Assembly (NCBI GenBank): GCA_024137785.1
Contig: JAHRHZ010000018.1
Coordinates: 14,235,479-14,299,478 of the forward strand
Length of the DNA: 64,000 bases
Source: Ginglymostoma cirratum
Lineage: Eukaryota
Reading direction: 5' to 3'
Both the position numbers and the translations under genes were made by a program. The notes under the pieces were generated by a model that saw only the letters and a program-made list of their open reading frames with translations, did not search any database and had not been told where the DNA came from. Each line of letters opens with the position of its first letter. Position 1 is the first letter of the stretch. Positions 11,946 through 24,360 of this stretch are shown here, piece by piece.

Positions 11946-14900
11946 GGTCAATTCGAATGTATGTATGGAAATGTCAATGGATTTCCAATCCATCACCTTT
12001 TAGCTCACATGGCCATGGCTACAGAGCCACACTCCCCTTTTAAATCTGTTAGCCAGGGCTCCCTGATGGGACCAGATTAATAGCCCCAATCAAACAATGT
12101 ATAGGAGGTCCAGCTGGCTGGCCTTGTTACAATCACTACATCCCTCGCGCTCCAAGTCCGAGGACAGGTGCCGGTCCTTTTTCTTAGAAAGCCTCCTGGG
12201 GCGTTTTAGCACCGGGTCAAGTTTCTCCGGCTCAACATCTGATACGAGCAGTGTGTATCACACAGGAGCTCACCACTTTAGCCAGGAGCACCTCGGTAGA
12301 ATTTCACTCTCTTCTTTATAACAGCCCACGACTTCATCTATTATATCCATTCCCGATTCTGAGGGCTCATCAACGCTTAACGGAGAGGGTGAACCCACAG
12401 GTTCCGGAATCCTTTCCAACTGTTCCGAGTGGGAAGGGCACGTTTTGCTCCCGCACCGTTTGTGAATTTGCAGTTTTCATTTGTCCACATGCTTGTTCAG
12501 GACTGTCTCACCTACCCAAGCCTTAGACGTCACTGGTTATGACCTCGCATTGACCATGCTTCTTACCCATGCAGGGCCATTTCCGGGATTCTTAGGCCAA
12601 ATATCATCCCTTGCATCAAACTGTTTCACTCACTTGGCAGAGTCTGATGTCTGGCATTGGCATTCCGAATACCATTTCACCCTCCACCCCCACCCCACAC
12701 TAAGTCCAGGAAGGTCAGATTTAACCTGGCGTGGAATCTTCTACTGTTTGGCAACTCTTCTGGAGCTATCCCTGGAGTTGCATGTGGGATGGTCCCATAA
12801 TCAAACAGGAACCGGGACAGTTTGGTATCAAGTGAGGCTGTAGGCTGCCTTTGAAGTTTGGACTGCTCTTTCTGCCAGGCCATTGGATGATAGATGGAGA
12901 CCTGTCCTTCTATATTGAATCCCATTCGACTTTAGGAAATTCCCCGCTGGTAAACGCTGGCCCATTATCCGTGACTAAGACTACTGGGACTCCGTGTGTT
13001 GAAAAACATGCGTGCAGTTTTTTTATCGTTGTCCCCATGTTTGATGAATGACCCTATGCACATCCAACTACTTTGAGTGGGCATCTACAATGACTAAGAA
13101 CATTGAACCCATGAAAGGACTGGCATGATCAATGTCTAACCAAGTCGAAGCTATGAGAGGCACTACCCTGTCAGTTTCTCACAGACCAAGTAGTGGTTTG
13201 TGGTCTGTGATTATCACAAACTTTTATCCATAAAGGTATTGGTTGAACCTCCTGACTCCAAATATGACCAACAATCCTTCTTTCTATCTGGGTATATTTG
13301 TGCTCTGTTTGAGGCAAATACCTGAATGCTATTGGGTGTTCCTCTTCATTGCGCCACCTATGAATTAATACCCCAATGTCATACAGGGAGGCATCACGTG
13401 TCAATACCAGATCTTTCTTGGGATCATAATGTGCCAGCACCTTGGAGGATAATAGCTGTTTCTTTACTTCCCTGAAAGCTTGGCTATGTGACCATGTCCT
13501 TTCTTACATTTGATGCAAAGGTGCCAGGATGGAGGCCAGGTTATGTATGAACTACACATTAAAATTTACTAGGCCAAGAAATGACTTCAGCTCCTGGGAA
13601 CCGGGGCACCTTTGATCGCCCTCACTTTATCTTCCAATGGGTATAACAAGGTCTTGTCAACTAGGTCACTTCAGCTGAGTGGAACACACATTTTTTCCCT
13701 TCTTAGGTGTATGTCTGCCTTGAAAAATTGTCTTATAACTATATCCAAGTTCTGTAAGTGTCCTTATCAGTTTTCCCTGTTATTAGAACGTCATCTAGAT
13801 AAACGGTAATCTGAGGTAGACCTGACAAAATATTCTCCATCGTGCACTGAAAAATTGCACAGGCTGACAACACCTCAAACGGCAGTGTCATATATCAGTA
13901 CAAGCCCTTACGGGTATTAATTGTAGCATACTTCTGGGAATCCTCATCTAACTGCAATTGCATGTATGCATGGCTCATGTCCAGCTTTGTGAAGGACAGC
14001 CCTCCTGCCAGCTTTGCGTATAAATCCTCTATGCAAGGGTATTTACCCAAATATGAAAAGTGATTTTCTGTTTGCTTAAAATCCCGCAAAGGCGAAGTGA
14101 CTCATTGGACGTCAAAATCGGTCTGTGCTGCCCATTCCATAAATTCCTTCACTTTCCAGCCTCCTGATTTCTGCCTCTGTCTTTGTCCAGAAGGAAAATG
14201 GCACTGGGTGGGCCTTGCAGAATCGTGGAATTGCCTCCTGGTCAGCATGCGAGGTGGCCTGGACTCCTCTGACAGTCCCTAGACCTTCTGGAGGACTTCC
14301 AGGTATTTAATTAGGACTTCACACAAACAGCCACTTTTTAATTGAAAAATGTTGAGCCAATCAAGGATAATCTTTCTTAACCAATTTCACCCCATCAAGC
14401 TCAGGCCTGGGCCTTTTACTACAATCAGTGGTCACTGAACCAATTGTTTCTCATAACAGACCACAACCGATATTGTACCCTTAATCTGTAAAGGTTCCCT
14501 GATATAGGTTCTCAGCCTAGCTGAGGTCTTACACAAACTTAAAGACTGAAGTCCTGAGCAAATTTTGTTAAAAACTAGTTCTGCAATCACTGATATGGCC
14601 GCATCGGTATTGACCTCCATTAGAGCCGGACAACCAGTTGTTTACTTTGGTTCTGATTTGAATGTCGCTGAGCAATTTAATTGTTCCAAACCAGATGTAG
14701 GTGGACTTTCCAGGGTATGAACTCTCCTGGATACCAGTGTATGAGTTATCCTACTCCATTTAGGTCTAACAGGACTCTTTAGCTGTCTCGAGTGCACATA
14801 CCAGCAACAATGATAATAGCTTGCTGGCCCGGATCCTGTAGAAAGTTTTAATCTTTAGCCGAGGCTTGGTTTTTTGTTTGCGGTTTTCCTGTGGGCTTAC

Positions 14901-15779
14901 CTAGACACACCCTGTCAAGGATATGCCCTGAGTGAGGCTTATTTCACGTGGTGTTCCCCAAGCTCAGTCGGATTAGTGAGGGTGTTTACTTCCATCAGAA
15001 TGCTCTGAAACTCATGTGCTCCACTTGCTGCATTTTCCAATGACAAAGCCAGTTCTGGCGCCATTTGAAGTCTAGTTGGACTTCAGCTAATAGGCGTTTC
15101 TGCACAGTTATATCATTAATTCCACACACCAAATAATCTCTAAGCATCTCATTTAGGGTTAAACCAAAGTCACAGGCTTCTGCTAATTGTCTTAACCTAG
15201 TCAAAAATCCCAAAATGGATTCTTCTGGTTCTCGAATTGCTGAGTAAAAACTATAGCTTCTCAGAAGTATACGAGTTTTGTGCTCATAATATTTCTTAAC
15301 TATATCAGTCAATTCTTGAAAGGTTTTCGTATCTGGAGCTTCAAGGAAAGTTAGGCTCCTCATAGCAGAAAAAGCTGCAGCTGTCAGGAGAATTACGCAT
15401 TGCTTTTCGTCTGCCTTAATGTCATTTGCCCTGAAAAAAAAAACACATTCTTCCTACATACTGGGTCAAGTCCTAGATGGCAGGGTCAAACGAGCCAAGC
15501 TTCCCAAACAAAGGCATGATATAAAAAATGTTTACCCCAACTCAAAGATGACTGCTGCGAGCAAGTTTCTTCAGAAACATGCTCTACTTTCGCTGCCACT
15601 GAAATAACTCCACAGAGGCTGGTATCCCATCACCAAGTCACCCTTAATTTACACATGAAGAGTCCTTGATTCCAGTACTACCTCTTTGGAGTCAACTCTC
15701 AGATTTCCAGAATTTCTGACGCTACTGTTTATACCTGTCAGCCAGGGCTCTCTGATTGGACCAGATTAACAACTCCAGG

Positions 15780-15904
15780 AGACAATAAGGACTGAAAATG
15801 CTGGAAGCCAGAGTCTATAGGTGTGAGGCTGGAAGAACACAGCAGGTCAGACAGTATCCAGGAAGTAGGAAAGTCAATGTTTCAGGCCGAGATCCTTCGT
15901 CAGG
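15780..15904 (-). mobile_element. PLE-derived fragment with decayed hammerhead, inserted in the Gypsy 5' LTR
   Basis: Minus strand CTGACGA-AGGATCTCGGCCT-GAAACATTG...ctgacctgctgtgttcttccagc; absent from the other LTR. Confidence 0.7.
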
Positions 15905-16519
15905 GCATCTAGCTGGCTGATCTCATTACAATCACTACAGCAACTGATGCAAACTCTTAAAAAGCCTTCTCAAACACTCTTAAAAGCAAATACGGATTTC
16001 CTTGACATATTAAATAAATTGTAAGTGTTTCTTATTGCATTGTTTCCAGGTCCAAAATATTTTTTGGGCGCAAGGTGACAACAATTGCTGTCAAATTCTA
16101 TTCTTAATGTTGCTTGGGTTTAAATTAACCGCCAAATGCTTAAGTAGCAATAGTTTTATGCTGCTAGCTATACAGAGTTGAGGGTGGGACAGGACTTATA
16201 GCAAGATTCACAATGCTGTAGTTTACAGCAAACAAGATCCACTCAGTCAGCAAACAGAGCCTACTTAAACTGTGCACCGTAACAAAAATCTACAGAGTTC
16301 ATCTATTTTTAAAAAATCTCTATAAACTACAGCAAATGAAATTCATGACCAAAACTACTGCAACATCTCCAAATAAAAGCTGAGATTTCTCCAATAAAAT
16401 GTAACATGTGCAGTATAGTTACTTACTACAAAATTAGTATTTCTTCATAAAAATACTGAGTAGAAGATCACTCTTTATTGTAAATTACGCATCAAATGAC
16501 CCATCGTGGACAATTATAG

Positions 16520-18120
16520 GTATGATTCATCTCCATTGCGTCTCCATTAATTTTCCCACTATTGATGTCATGCTGACAGGTCTGTCATTTCCTGGCTTAT
16601 CCTTTGCCCCTTTTTTAAGCAACTGGGTCATATTTGCAATCTTCCAGTCTCCCGGGACTTATCCTTTGTTCAGACAGGCCTGGAAAATTTCTGTCAACAG
16701 CTCTGCATTTTACTCCCTTACCTCTTTCAGCATTTCAAAGTGCATCCCATCCGGGCCTGGTGACTTATCTACCTTGAGTGCTGTCAGCCATTTTAGCACG
16801 TCTTCTTTATTTATCACTATACTGCTCAGTTGCTCAATACCAACATTTTTAACTGGGCCATTGTCATCATTTTCTATTTTGTAAAGATATAAGCAAAGTA
16901 TTCATTTAGCACCTCTGTTATATGCATTGCTTCAGCGAGCAGTTTACCTGCCTGTTCCTTATGGGCCCCACTCTATCCTTTGCTATTCCTTTACTATTAA
17001 TATGTTTGAAGAACATTTTGCTATTTATTTTAGTGCAATCTGTCCATCCTTTCCTTCTTTATTTCAGCCTCAGCCTTTCTTCTGCATTTGAGATTTCTAT
17101 TGCTATCAGTTTTCCATTAGACATCATATGCCTCCTTTTTCTTCCTTATTTTCTCATCAACGTCTTTAATCATCCAAGGTACTCTAGCTTTGGATACTCC
17201 ATATTTATTTCTCATGGGTACAAGCCTGGTGTGCACCCTATTACATCGCTCTTTTGAAAGTCTCCCATTTTTCATCCACTATTTTATCCACCAAAATGCA
17301 TTTCCAATCAACCTGCTCCAGTTCAACTTTTAGACCCCTGAAATCTTCCCTTTTCCAGTCTGGGATTTTATCAACTTCCAACTTAATATTGACCTTTATT
17401 AAATCATGATTGCTATTTCCTGAATGCTCCCCCATTCTGATGCTCTCTACTTAGCCTGCTTTATTTCCTAAGACCAGGTTCAGCACAGCTATCTCGCTGG
17501 TAGGGCTGGAATTATACAATTCCAGAAAGTTCTCCTACACATGTTGCAGGAATTTCTCCCCTTCCGAGCCCATACATGACCTTTTTCCCAGTCTACCTGA
17601 GGGTAGTTGAAAACACAACTATCACAACTCTACTTGTCATGCACATTTCAATAATCCGCCTATAGATGCTCTCTTTTACCTCCATGTCACTGTTTGGAGG
17701 TTGAAAATAAATACACAACAAGGTCACTGCTCCCTCCCTGTTTCTCACCTCCAACCATCTAGATTCTAATTCAGGAGCTGCACAAGGGCTAACCCAGGAT
17801 GTTCAGTATCCAGTCTGGTCCTGGCCACATTTGAGCCAGGTTTCTGTCAATGCTACTATATCATATTGCCATACAGCTATTCTGCTTACAGCTCCCCAGC
17901 TGTGTTCACTATACTCCATGCATTTATACATAAACAATTTAGTGTTTCAATCTACTCCCCAACTCCTGAAGCTGATCCTATAAAACCTCCAAGCTGTCCC
18001 TCCTTACGTTGGTGGTTCCCATGTGAACCATAACTACTGGTTGTTCACCCTCTCATTGCAGAAGTTTATCCAGTTGTTCCATTATGTCCCGAACCATTGC
18101 ACCCAGGAGGCAACACACCA
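16520..18120 (-). mobile_element. CR1-type LINE fragments (endonuclease to early RT), decayed
   Basis: GEHSGNSNHDLIK, DWKCILVDK and DKSPGPDGMH-like motifs on the minus strand. Confidence 0.75.
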
Positions 18121-18934
18121 TACAGGAAATTAGCCGATCACCTCTGTTCTAGCTATGAACAGTGGTGTCACCTTCTGCAACCCAATGACTTGTGCGAAAG
18201 TGTGAAAGGGAGGAAATCACTGCTCACTCCTGTATTCATAAAGTCAATATTCGTGAAGCAATTGTTACCCTTCCTCATTCCAAGTTCACTTCACTTCAAA
18301 GGATTCCAAATTGTACCAATTAAGAGACCCTCATCCTTCGAGGTGTCCCACTTCGCAAGTTCAAAGTCTGAACTGCTCTCTGTATTATGTTACATTTCCC
18401 TGTGCACTCAGCAATACAAAGGATGCCCTTGATGGGCAGTGAAACGTGTCTCCACACCACCCTCAAACCACACGTCACACCCATTAAAACAAGAACAAGT
18501 CTATACTGAACCAACACTGTCTTTTAGCATTCAGCAGATTGCTGTAATGCAGTATCAGATTTCCATCATGAGCATCCTCTTTTCTTGTAAGTCAAACCAG
18601 TAAAACAGCTAGGGTTCAGTGTCAAAGGGAAAATAAAAGCAAGTTTGTGCATTTTTGGTGCTATTTGGGGTGAGGTTGACAGGGTCAAATGGCAATGCTG
18701 TGACAGCAAGATGATAGGAGACAGTGGCTTACAACTCCTGCAAGATAATTGTTGACCCTCCACACACCCGCTGAAAAGTTAGTCTCAGAAACCCAGCTTT
18801 CCCACAAGGAAATACAGTAATTTTTCACATAATATCTGCGGATTTAAGCTTCTTGAGAAAATGCCCTTTCTCTCAGCAATCTGCTTATCTTTGGTGCTGA
18901 GCTGTCCTCAATAGAACCATTCTTGTATTAACTG

Positions 18935-19310
18935 TGGCCACGTTGCTTCTGAGTCACAAGATCCTAGGTTCAAGTTCAATTCAAGGGCTTCAGTACAAAA
19001 CACCAGGCTGGTGTTCCAGAGCAGCACGGAGGGAGTGCTACACTATCAGAGCTCTCACCTAAGCTGAGGACCTACCTGCCTGTCTGTAATGTAAACCATT
19101 CCACACCACGATAATGGAGAACAGCAGGGGAATTTATCTAGACTGCTGCAGCCCATAACTATCCTTGCACCAACAATAGATGATCAACTCACTATTACAC
19201 TGCTGCTTGTGGGAGCCTAGTTTACATAGCAGCTGCTGCACTTCCCATGTCGCAGCAATGACGACAGTTCAAGTGCTTTGGAGCATCTAGAGGTCATGAG
19301 AGGGAGTTAG
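18935..19310 (+). mobile_element. DeuSINE-like (SacSINE1/AmnSINE-type) SINE, old
   Basis: tRNA-like head, gagggagtgct block, Deu-like tgctgcttgtgggagc and aagtgctttgg...gaggtcatga tail. Confidence 0.6.
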
Positions 19311-19426
19311 TCTTTTTTATCGTGTTGATCATTTTTCCCTTTACATAACTGTTAACTTTGCCGCTTTGAAATTGCTTGATTCTCTAACTTCAACTTGTCC
19401 AGCCTTCGCTACCAGAGCACCTCGGA

Positions 19427-19770
19427 TCATGGAAACATAGAACCCGTACACTGTGGAAGCAGGCCATTCGGCCCATCAAGTCCACACCAACCCTCCGAAG
19501 AGCATCCCACCCAGACCCACCCTAACCCTGTAACCCTGCATTTCCCATGACGAATCCACCTAAGGTACACATCCAGAGACACTATGGGGCAATGTGGCGT
19601 ACCCAAACTGCACAACTTTTGGACTGAGGGAGGAAACTGGAGCACCCAGAGGAAATCCACACAGACATAGGGGGAATGTCTGTGTGGAGTTTGCACAGCT
19701 GTCCACGGGTGGAATCGAACCTGGGTCCCTGGTGTTGTGAGGCTAACCACTGAGCTACCATCCCACCCTA
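19427..19770 (-). mobile_element. HE1/V-SINE-like SINE
   Basis: Reverse-complement match to 3256-3595. Confidence 0.85.
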
Positions 19771-19844
19771 AGATTGCAGAGCATTGCGTATAATTACTTT
19801 CCAATTGACCTACACTTCACAGCTTCTTCACAAGCTGAATCACA

Positions 19845-20355
19845 AGTTTTGGGTCCCATATCTCAGGAAAGATGCCCTGGCCCTGGAGCGGGTTCAGAGG
19901 AGGTTCACGAGAATGGTTCCAGGAATGGAAAGCTTAACATATGAGGACCGTTTGAGGACTCTGGGACTATACTCATTGGAGTTTAGAAGGATGAGGGGGG
20001 AATCTAATTGAAACTTTCAGAATAATGAATGGCCTAGACAAAATGGATGCTGGGAAGATGCTTCCATTGGTAGGAGAGTCTAGGACCTGAGGGCACAGCC
20101 TTAGAGTAAAGGGAAGACCTTTTAAAACAGAGATAAGGAGAAACTTCTTCAGACAGAAAGTGATGAATCTATGGAATTCACTGCCACAGAAGGCTGTGGA
20201 GGCCAGGTCATTGAGTACATTTAAGACTGAGATCGATAGGTTCTTGATTATCAAGGGTTACAGGCAGAAAGCAGGAGAATAGGACTGAGGGACTTCTCAG
20301 CCATGATTGAATAGCGGGGCAGAATGGCCTAATTTCTGCTCCTATCTCTTTTGGT
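19845..20355 (+). mobile_element. CR1-type LINE 3' end
   Basis: FWVPYLRKDALALERVQRRFTRMVPGM...LGLYSLEFRRMRG. Confidence 0.9.
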
Positions 20356-20699
20356 CAATCGCTAAATCATGTTAACCTGAGCTCTGCTTCTAGTGTTGGT
20401 CATGAAGCTCTCGTTGCTTGTCGAACAGTGAAATTCTGGTGCCCACTAGGTGGAGAACAACCCAGAGTGCCACCCCTGTAAAGCAGATCGCCCCAGCACA
20501 GGTGGAGAGCTGCTGGAATTTTGAGGCAGACACAACTCATTTTGTGATGGAGACAGATGCACAATGCATAAGAAGCTCTCCTGCACCTCACTCCAACCGC
20601 AATCATATTGCTCTTTCTTTCCAACCAACAGGCAGGTTGCTTACTAACTCTGCCAACACAACACCGATATATGTGGCTCTCTTATCAGGAAGGCCTTAA

Positions 20700-20862
20700 A
20701 GCATCTGACCATTAGGGTGCTGCTCTAATGATGTAAGTGAAGGTATGTTCCTCATCAACCTGTTCAGCAATGTGATTACATAACCTCTGTAGCAGGCCGG
20801 ATTTGAACACAGACCTCCTGGCTCGGAGGTACAGACACTACCACTGCACCACAAGAGTCCCC
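20700..20862 (-). mobile_element. tRNA-derived SINE fragment
   Basis: Minus strand tggtgcagtggtagtgtc...gttcaaatcc head; related copy at about 51640-51750. Confidence 0.55.
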
Positions 20863-21002
20863 AATGATATAACTGAGGCTGCACCCACTCAATAAAGGAC
20901 GTGCTGCAGGATACCAAGCTTCACCACTGGTTCTCACCAAAGACACAAACAGGCTTAGAGACTTCTTTCAGTTAGGAATCCATAGGACTGGCCTTTATGT
21001 GT

Positions 21003-21185
21003 AAGAAAAGCAAAATTGTGCAAATGCTGAAAATCTGATATAAAAAGAGAAGGTGCTGGAGAAGCTCAGCAGAGCTGGCTGAATCTATGGAGACAGAAAC
21101 AGAGTCATTTCGGTGTCAAAGTGTTAACTCTGTTCCTCTCCCCACAGACATTGCCAGGCCTGCCCCAGCACTGTCACGTCTTTGT
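21003..21185. mobile_element. Decayed fold-back PLE-derived element
   Basis: tgctggagaagctcagc...agagt and inverted aactctg...ccacagac...ccagca arms; hammerhead core lost. Confidence 0.55.
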
Positions 21186-21299
21186 GTATATATACTCCAG
21201 CCTCTGCAAGTGCTGTTTCTGTCGCAAAAATGGCTGGCCACTCTGACCAAAGGATGAAACATAGCAAAATGGTGAAAAAGATAAATCAGCCTCTATTTT

Positions 21300-21715
21300 G
21301 GATTCCCGGTCTCAGCGCAGACTGGGGCTCTCAGCCTCAGCACTGACCCAGCGAGGCTTCCTCCCGGTCCAGCATGGTGGTCTACCAGCCTGGCCAGGTG
21401 ACCTGTTGCTGACTCAACATGGCGGTCTCCCGGCCTGGCCTGTGGCGGTCTCCCGGCCTGGCCTGGCGTCAAGATGCTTGTGTGGACTGGGTTGGAAGGA
21501 CTGTTACTCTGAACTTTTTACTTCCCTACGTTTTTAATTTATTCCTGTAATCTGTAATGCTGGACTTTTTATTTCTTTATTTTCCTAATTTTTTTCCTAA
21601 GAACATGTACTCAAGAATCTGTACCTAAGATCGCCACATAAATGGTGACTTGTAAACTTTTCACTGTAATCATTTGAGTACGTGACAATAAAGCTAAATC
21701 AATTCATTTCAATTT
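21300..21715 (+). mobile_element. Retroposon 3' portion with GC-rich internal tandem repeat and Rex1/Babar-like tail
   Basis: Three copies of (ca)tggcggtctcccggcctggcc; tail ttttcactgta...gtacgtgacaataaa. Confidence 0.5.
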
Positions 21716-22504
21716 TAAATCCCTCACGACAGGTAGCACATGGCAGGGTCATCTATCAACAACCGCGTTAGGAGTAAGAGCAGGCCAAGAGTCTGTTTGC
21801 GCCTGCTCCACCATTCAATAAGATCATGAATGATTGGAATACTCCACACTTGCACCTACCCATATTGTATCTTTCATCCCCCTTAGACATCAAGAATCTA
21901 TCTACCTCTGCTTTAAGAATATTCAAACTCTGCTTCCACTGCCTTTCAAGGAAGAAAGCTCCAAAGGCTCGAGAACCCGTGTGAGAAAAAATTTTCCCTT
22001 CCCTCTGTTTAAGACAGAAGAAATCCTTGTTTTGAAACAGTGACTCCTTGGTTAAAATGACAAAGCAGGAAATGTGATCCCCAACCTGTCTCTTACAGTA
22101 AGGGAGTTATGAGGATAGCACTGGGTAAACGTGCCGTACATCTGATAGATCCACACAGGCACTCAGTGACAAAAGATAGCATTCGGAAGATCAGAAATCG
22201 GGGTTTGAATCTTAGTGACCGTTCAGAGTATGTCAATATAATAATTATCATTTACAAATATGGAAATTTGAAAACATTTAAAGTGATACCTATCCCACAA
22301 AGGTGTCAAATCTACACATTAATTTATTTTAAAAGATGTCAGTCCACTTTAACCACATTTAGTCAAAAGCAGATCCAGTATTATGTCCCAAATAATTCCA
22401 GGGGGATTACTCTCTGTGTCGGGGCTTCCAGGAAGTGTTGCAGAATAGTGATCAGCTGTTACCCCGAGTAGCCACGGTTTCTCAGCCCTTTTAAAGGAGG
22501 AGAC

Positions 22505-22915
22505 AATGGCCTAGTGGTATTATCGCTGGACTGTTAATCCAGTAACCCAGGTAATGTTCTGGGGACCTGAGTTTGAATCCTGCCCCGGCAGATGGTAGAA
22601 TCTGAATTCAAAAAGGAAAAAATCCGGAATTAAGAGTCTACTGTGACTGTGAATACATTGTTAATTGTTGGGGAAAAACCCATCTGGTTCACTAATGCCC
22701 TTTTAGGGAAGAAAACTGCTATCTTTACCTGGTCTGGCCTACATGTGATTCCAGATCCACAGCAATTCTAGGCCCGAAACGTCAAGCTTTCCTGCTCCTT
22801 TAATGCTGCTTGGCCTGCTATGTTCATCCAGCTCCACACCTTGTTATCCACAGCAATGTGGTTGACTCTTAACTGCCCTCTGGGCAATAAATGCCCTCAT
22901 CCCATGCACGAATAA
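22505..22915 (+). mobile_element. tRNA-head SINE with LINE-like tail
   Basis: tggcctagtggtattatc...gtttgaatcc head and gggcaataaatgc...aataaa tail; copies at 44781-45108 and 52065-52400, head fragment at 140-195 (-). Confidence 0.75.
22767..22845 (+). mobile_element. 5'-truncated PLE terminal fragment with 12-bp TSD
   Basis: ATCCACAGCAAT at 22755-22766 and 22846-22857; insert starts inside hammerhead stem II (tctaggcccgaaacgtc). Confidence 0.85.
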
Positions 22916-23634
22916 AGGAAAATAAAAATGCTCACTTGCCTATCTTTTCATTAGAAGTTCCTAAATCAGTGCTAATGTCAGATCGTTCGTAGCGAGGATT
23001 CAGACTAGCCCCAGAATATGACAATAAGTTGCTGCCATGCTTGAGGATAGCTTCAGTGTGTCTCTCCCTTGTTTGTGCAGAGGAATTTCCTGGTGATACA
23101 TTTAAACTGAAGCTTAACTATTCCTTTCTGGAATACCCATGTCAAACAATCAAGGCCCCAAGAAAGGTGCAAAGGAAGTTCATTATTAATAGGTTAAGTA
23201 CGAACATGTGTTGACTCACAAAATCTGAAATCTCCTTCGCCAGATGCAGGTTTAATTATTATTTATTGTAAAACAGGGCCAGAAATTAAGAGGAAACTGA
23301 AACAGAGGAGAGGCCTATTCTCACTAAAATAGTAGCAATATTTATAAAGGTCCAGTTCCATTGATAGTCAGCGCCACTCTTGCTAGCACTTAGCTGTGGC
23401 TATTTTACGCTGGTGCTCGCTCCAAGCCGATTACAAGGGAGTTGGGTCCATGAACGGGTTCACACATTACTCACACCAGTTGCTTCATTTCTACAGCAGA
23501 GTCACACAAAGCAAACAACGTAAGTGGCCAATTCTGGCAAGGGGAGATGGGAACCAGTTCAGAACAAAAGATGTTGGGAGCCAGCAGCCTTCAGCCACCG
23601 TGCTCCTGAACATACTGGCCAATGTGAAAAGGAC

Positions 23635-23900
23635 AAACATTGCTTTTATATAGTGCCTCAGACAACCACTGTCCATTTCAAAACAGTTTAGAGCAAATGA
23701 AGGACCTTTGAAGCGTAATGTAGGAAACACAGGAGTCAATGCACACACAAACAGTAACGTGATAATAAAATGATCATCTGTTTTTGTGATGCTGATCAAG
23801 GGACAAATATCAGTCGGGACACCGGGTGTAAGTCCCCTGCTCTTTGTTACCAGGGGAACCTTTGACATCTATCTAAACGGACATTGGTTTAACATTTCAT
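23635..23900 (-). mobile_element. DeuSINE-like SINE fragment
   Basis: Reverse of Deu-type tail (gcactatataaaagca, tttcctacattac); similar fragments at 28655-28895 (-) and 58860-59060 (+). Confidence 0.55.
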
Positions 23901-24044
23901 CTCTTAAATTGGCACCCCTTTCTTCTGAGATTATGTCCTCCGGTCCTAGACCCTCCATGAGGGGAAACATCCTCTTATACGTATCAATGAGATTAACAGG
24001 CTTTTTTCATGGAGCACATTCCAGGTAAAGCCTAACTCACCAAA

Positions 24045-24360
24045 GATCCTCAGACAGCACTTTCCAAACACATGACTACTTCCATCTAGAAGGACAAGGG
24101 CAGCAGATATATGGGAACACCACCTCCTTCAAGTTCCCCTCCAAGCCACTCACCATCCAGACTTGGAAATATATTATTGTTCCTTCACTGTCGCTGGGTC
24201 GAAATCCTGGGCTTCCCTCCCTAAGGGCATTGTGGGTCAACCCACAGCAGGGGGACTGCAGCAGGTCAAGAAGGCAGCTCACCACCACCTTCTCAAGGGC
24301 AACTAGGAATGGGCAATAAATGCTGGCCAGCCAGCGACGTCCACATCCCACAAATGAATT
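24045..24360 (+). mobile_element. LINE 3' fragment sharing its tail with the 22505-type SINE
   Basis: gcagctcaccaccaccttctcaagggcaactagg...gggcaataaatgctggcc; copies at 6172-6436 (-), 33100-33660, 34590-34900, 53757-54445. Confidence 0.7.

Larger units (their letters stand above)
11430..15939 (-). mobile_element. Degenerate Gypsy/Ty3 LTR retrotransposon
   Basis: LTRs 11430-12140 and 15600-15939 start TGTAGTGATTG on the minus strand; TSD acaac/gcaac; PBS-like TGGCAGCG next to the 5' LTR; purine tract at about 12141-12153; gag (14995-15363), protease (14432-14620), RT (13895-14089), RNase H (13171-13440) and integrase (about 12480-13140) remnants in Gypsy order with stops and frameshifts. Confidence 0.9.

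Noticed and set aside
20440-20458. CTCF-like motif tgcccactaggtggag
   Set aside because: Single imperfect match, expected by chance in 64 kb without ChIP or conservation data.
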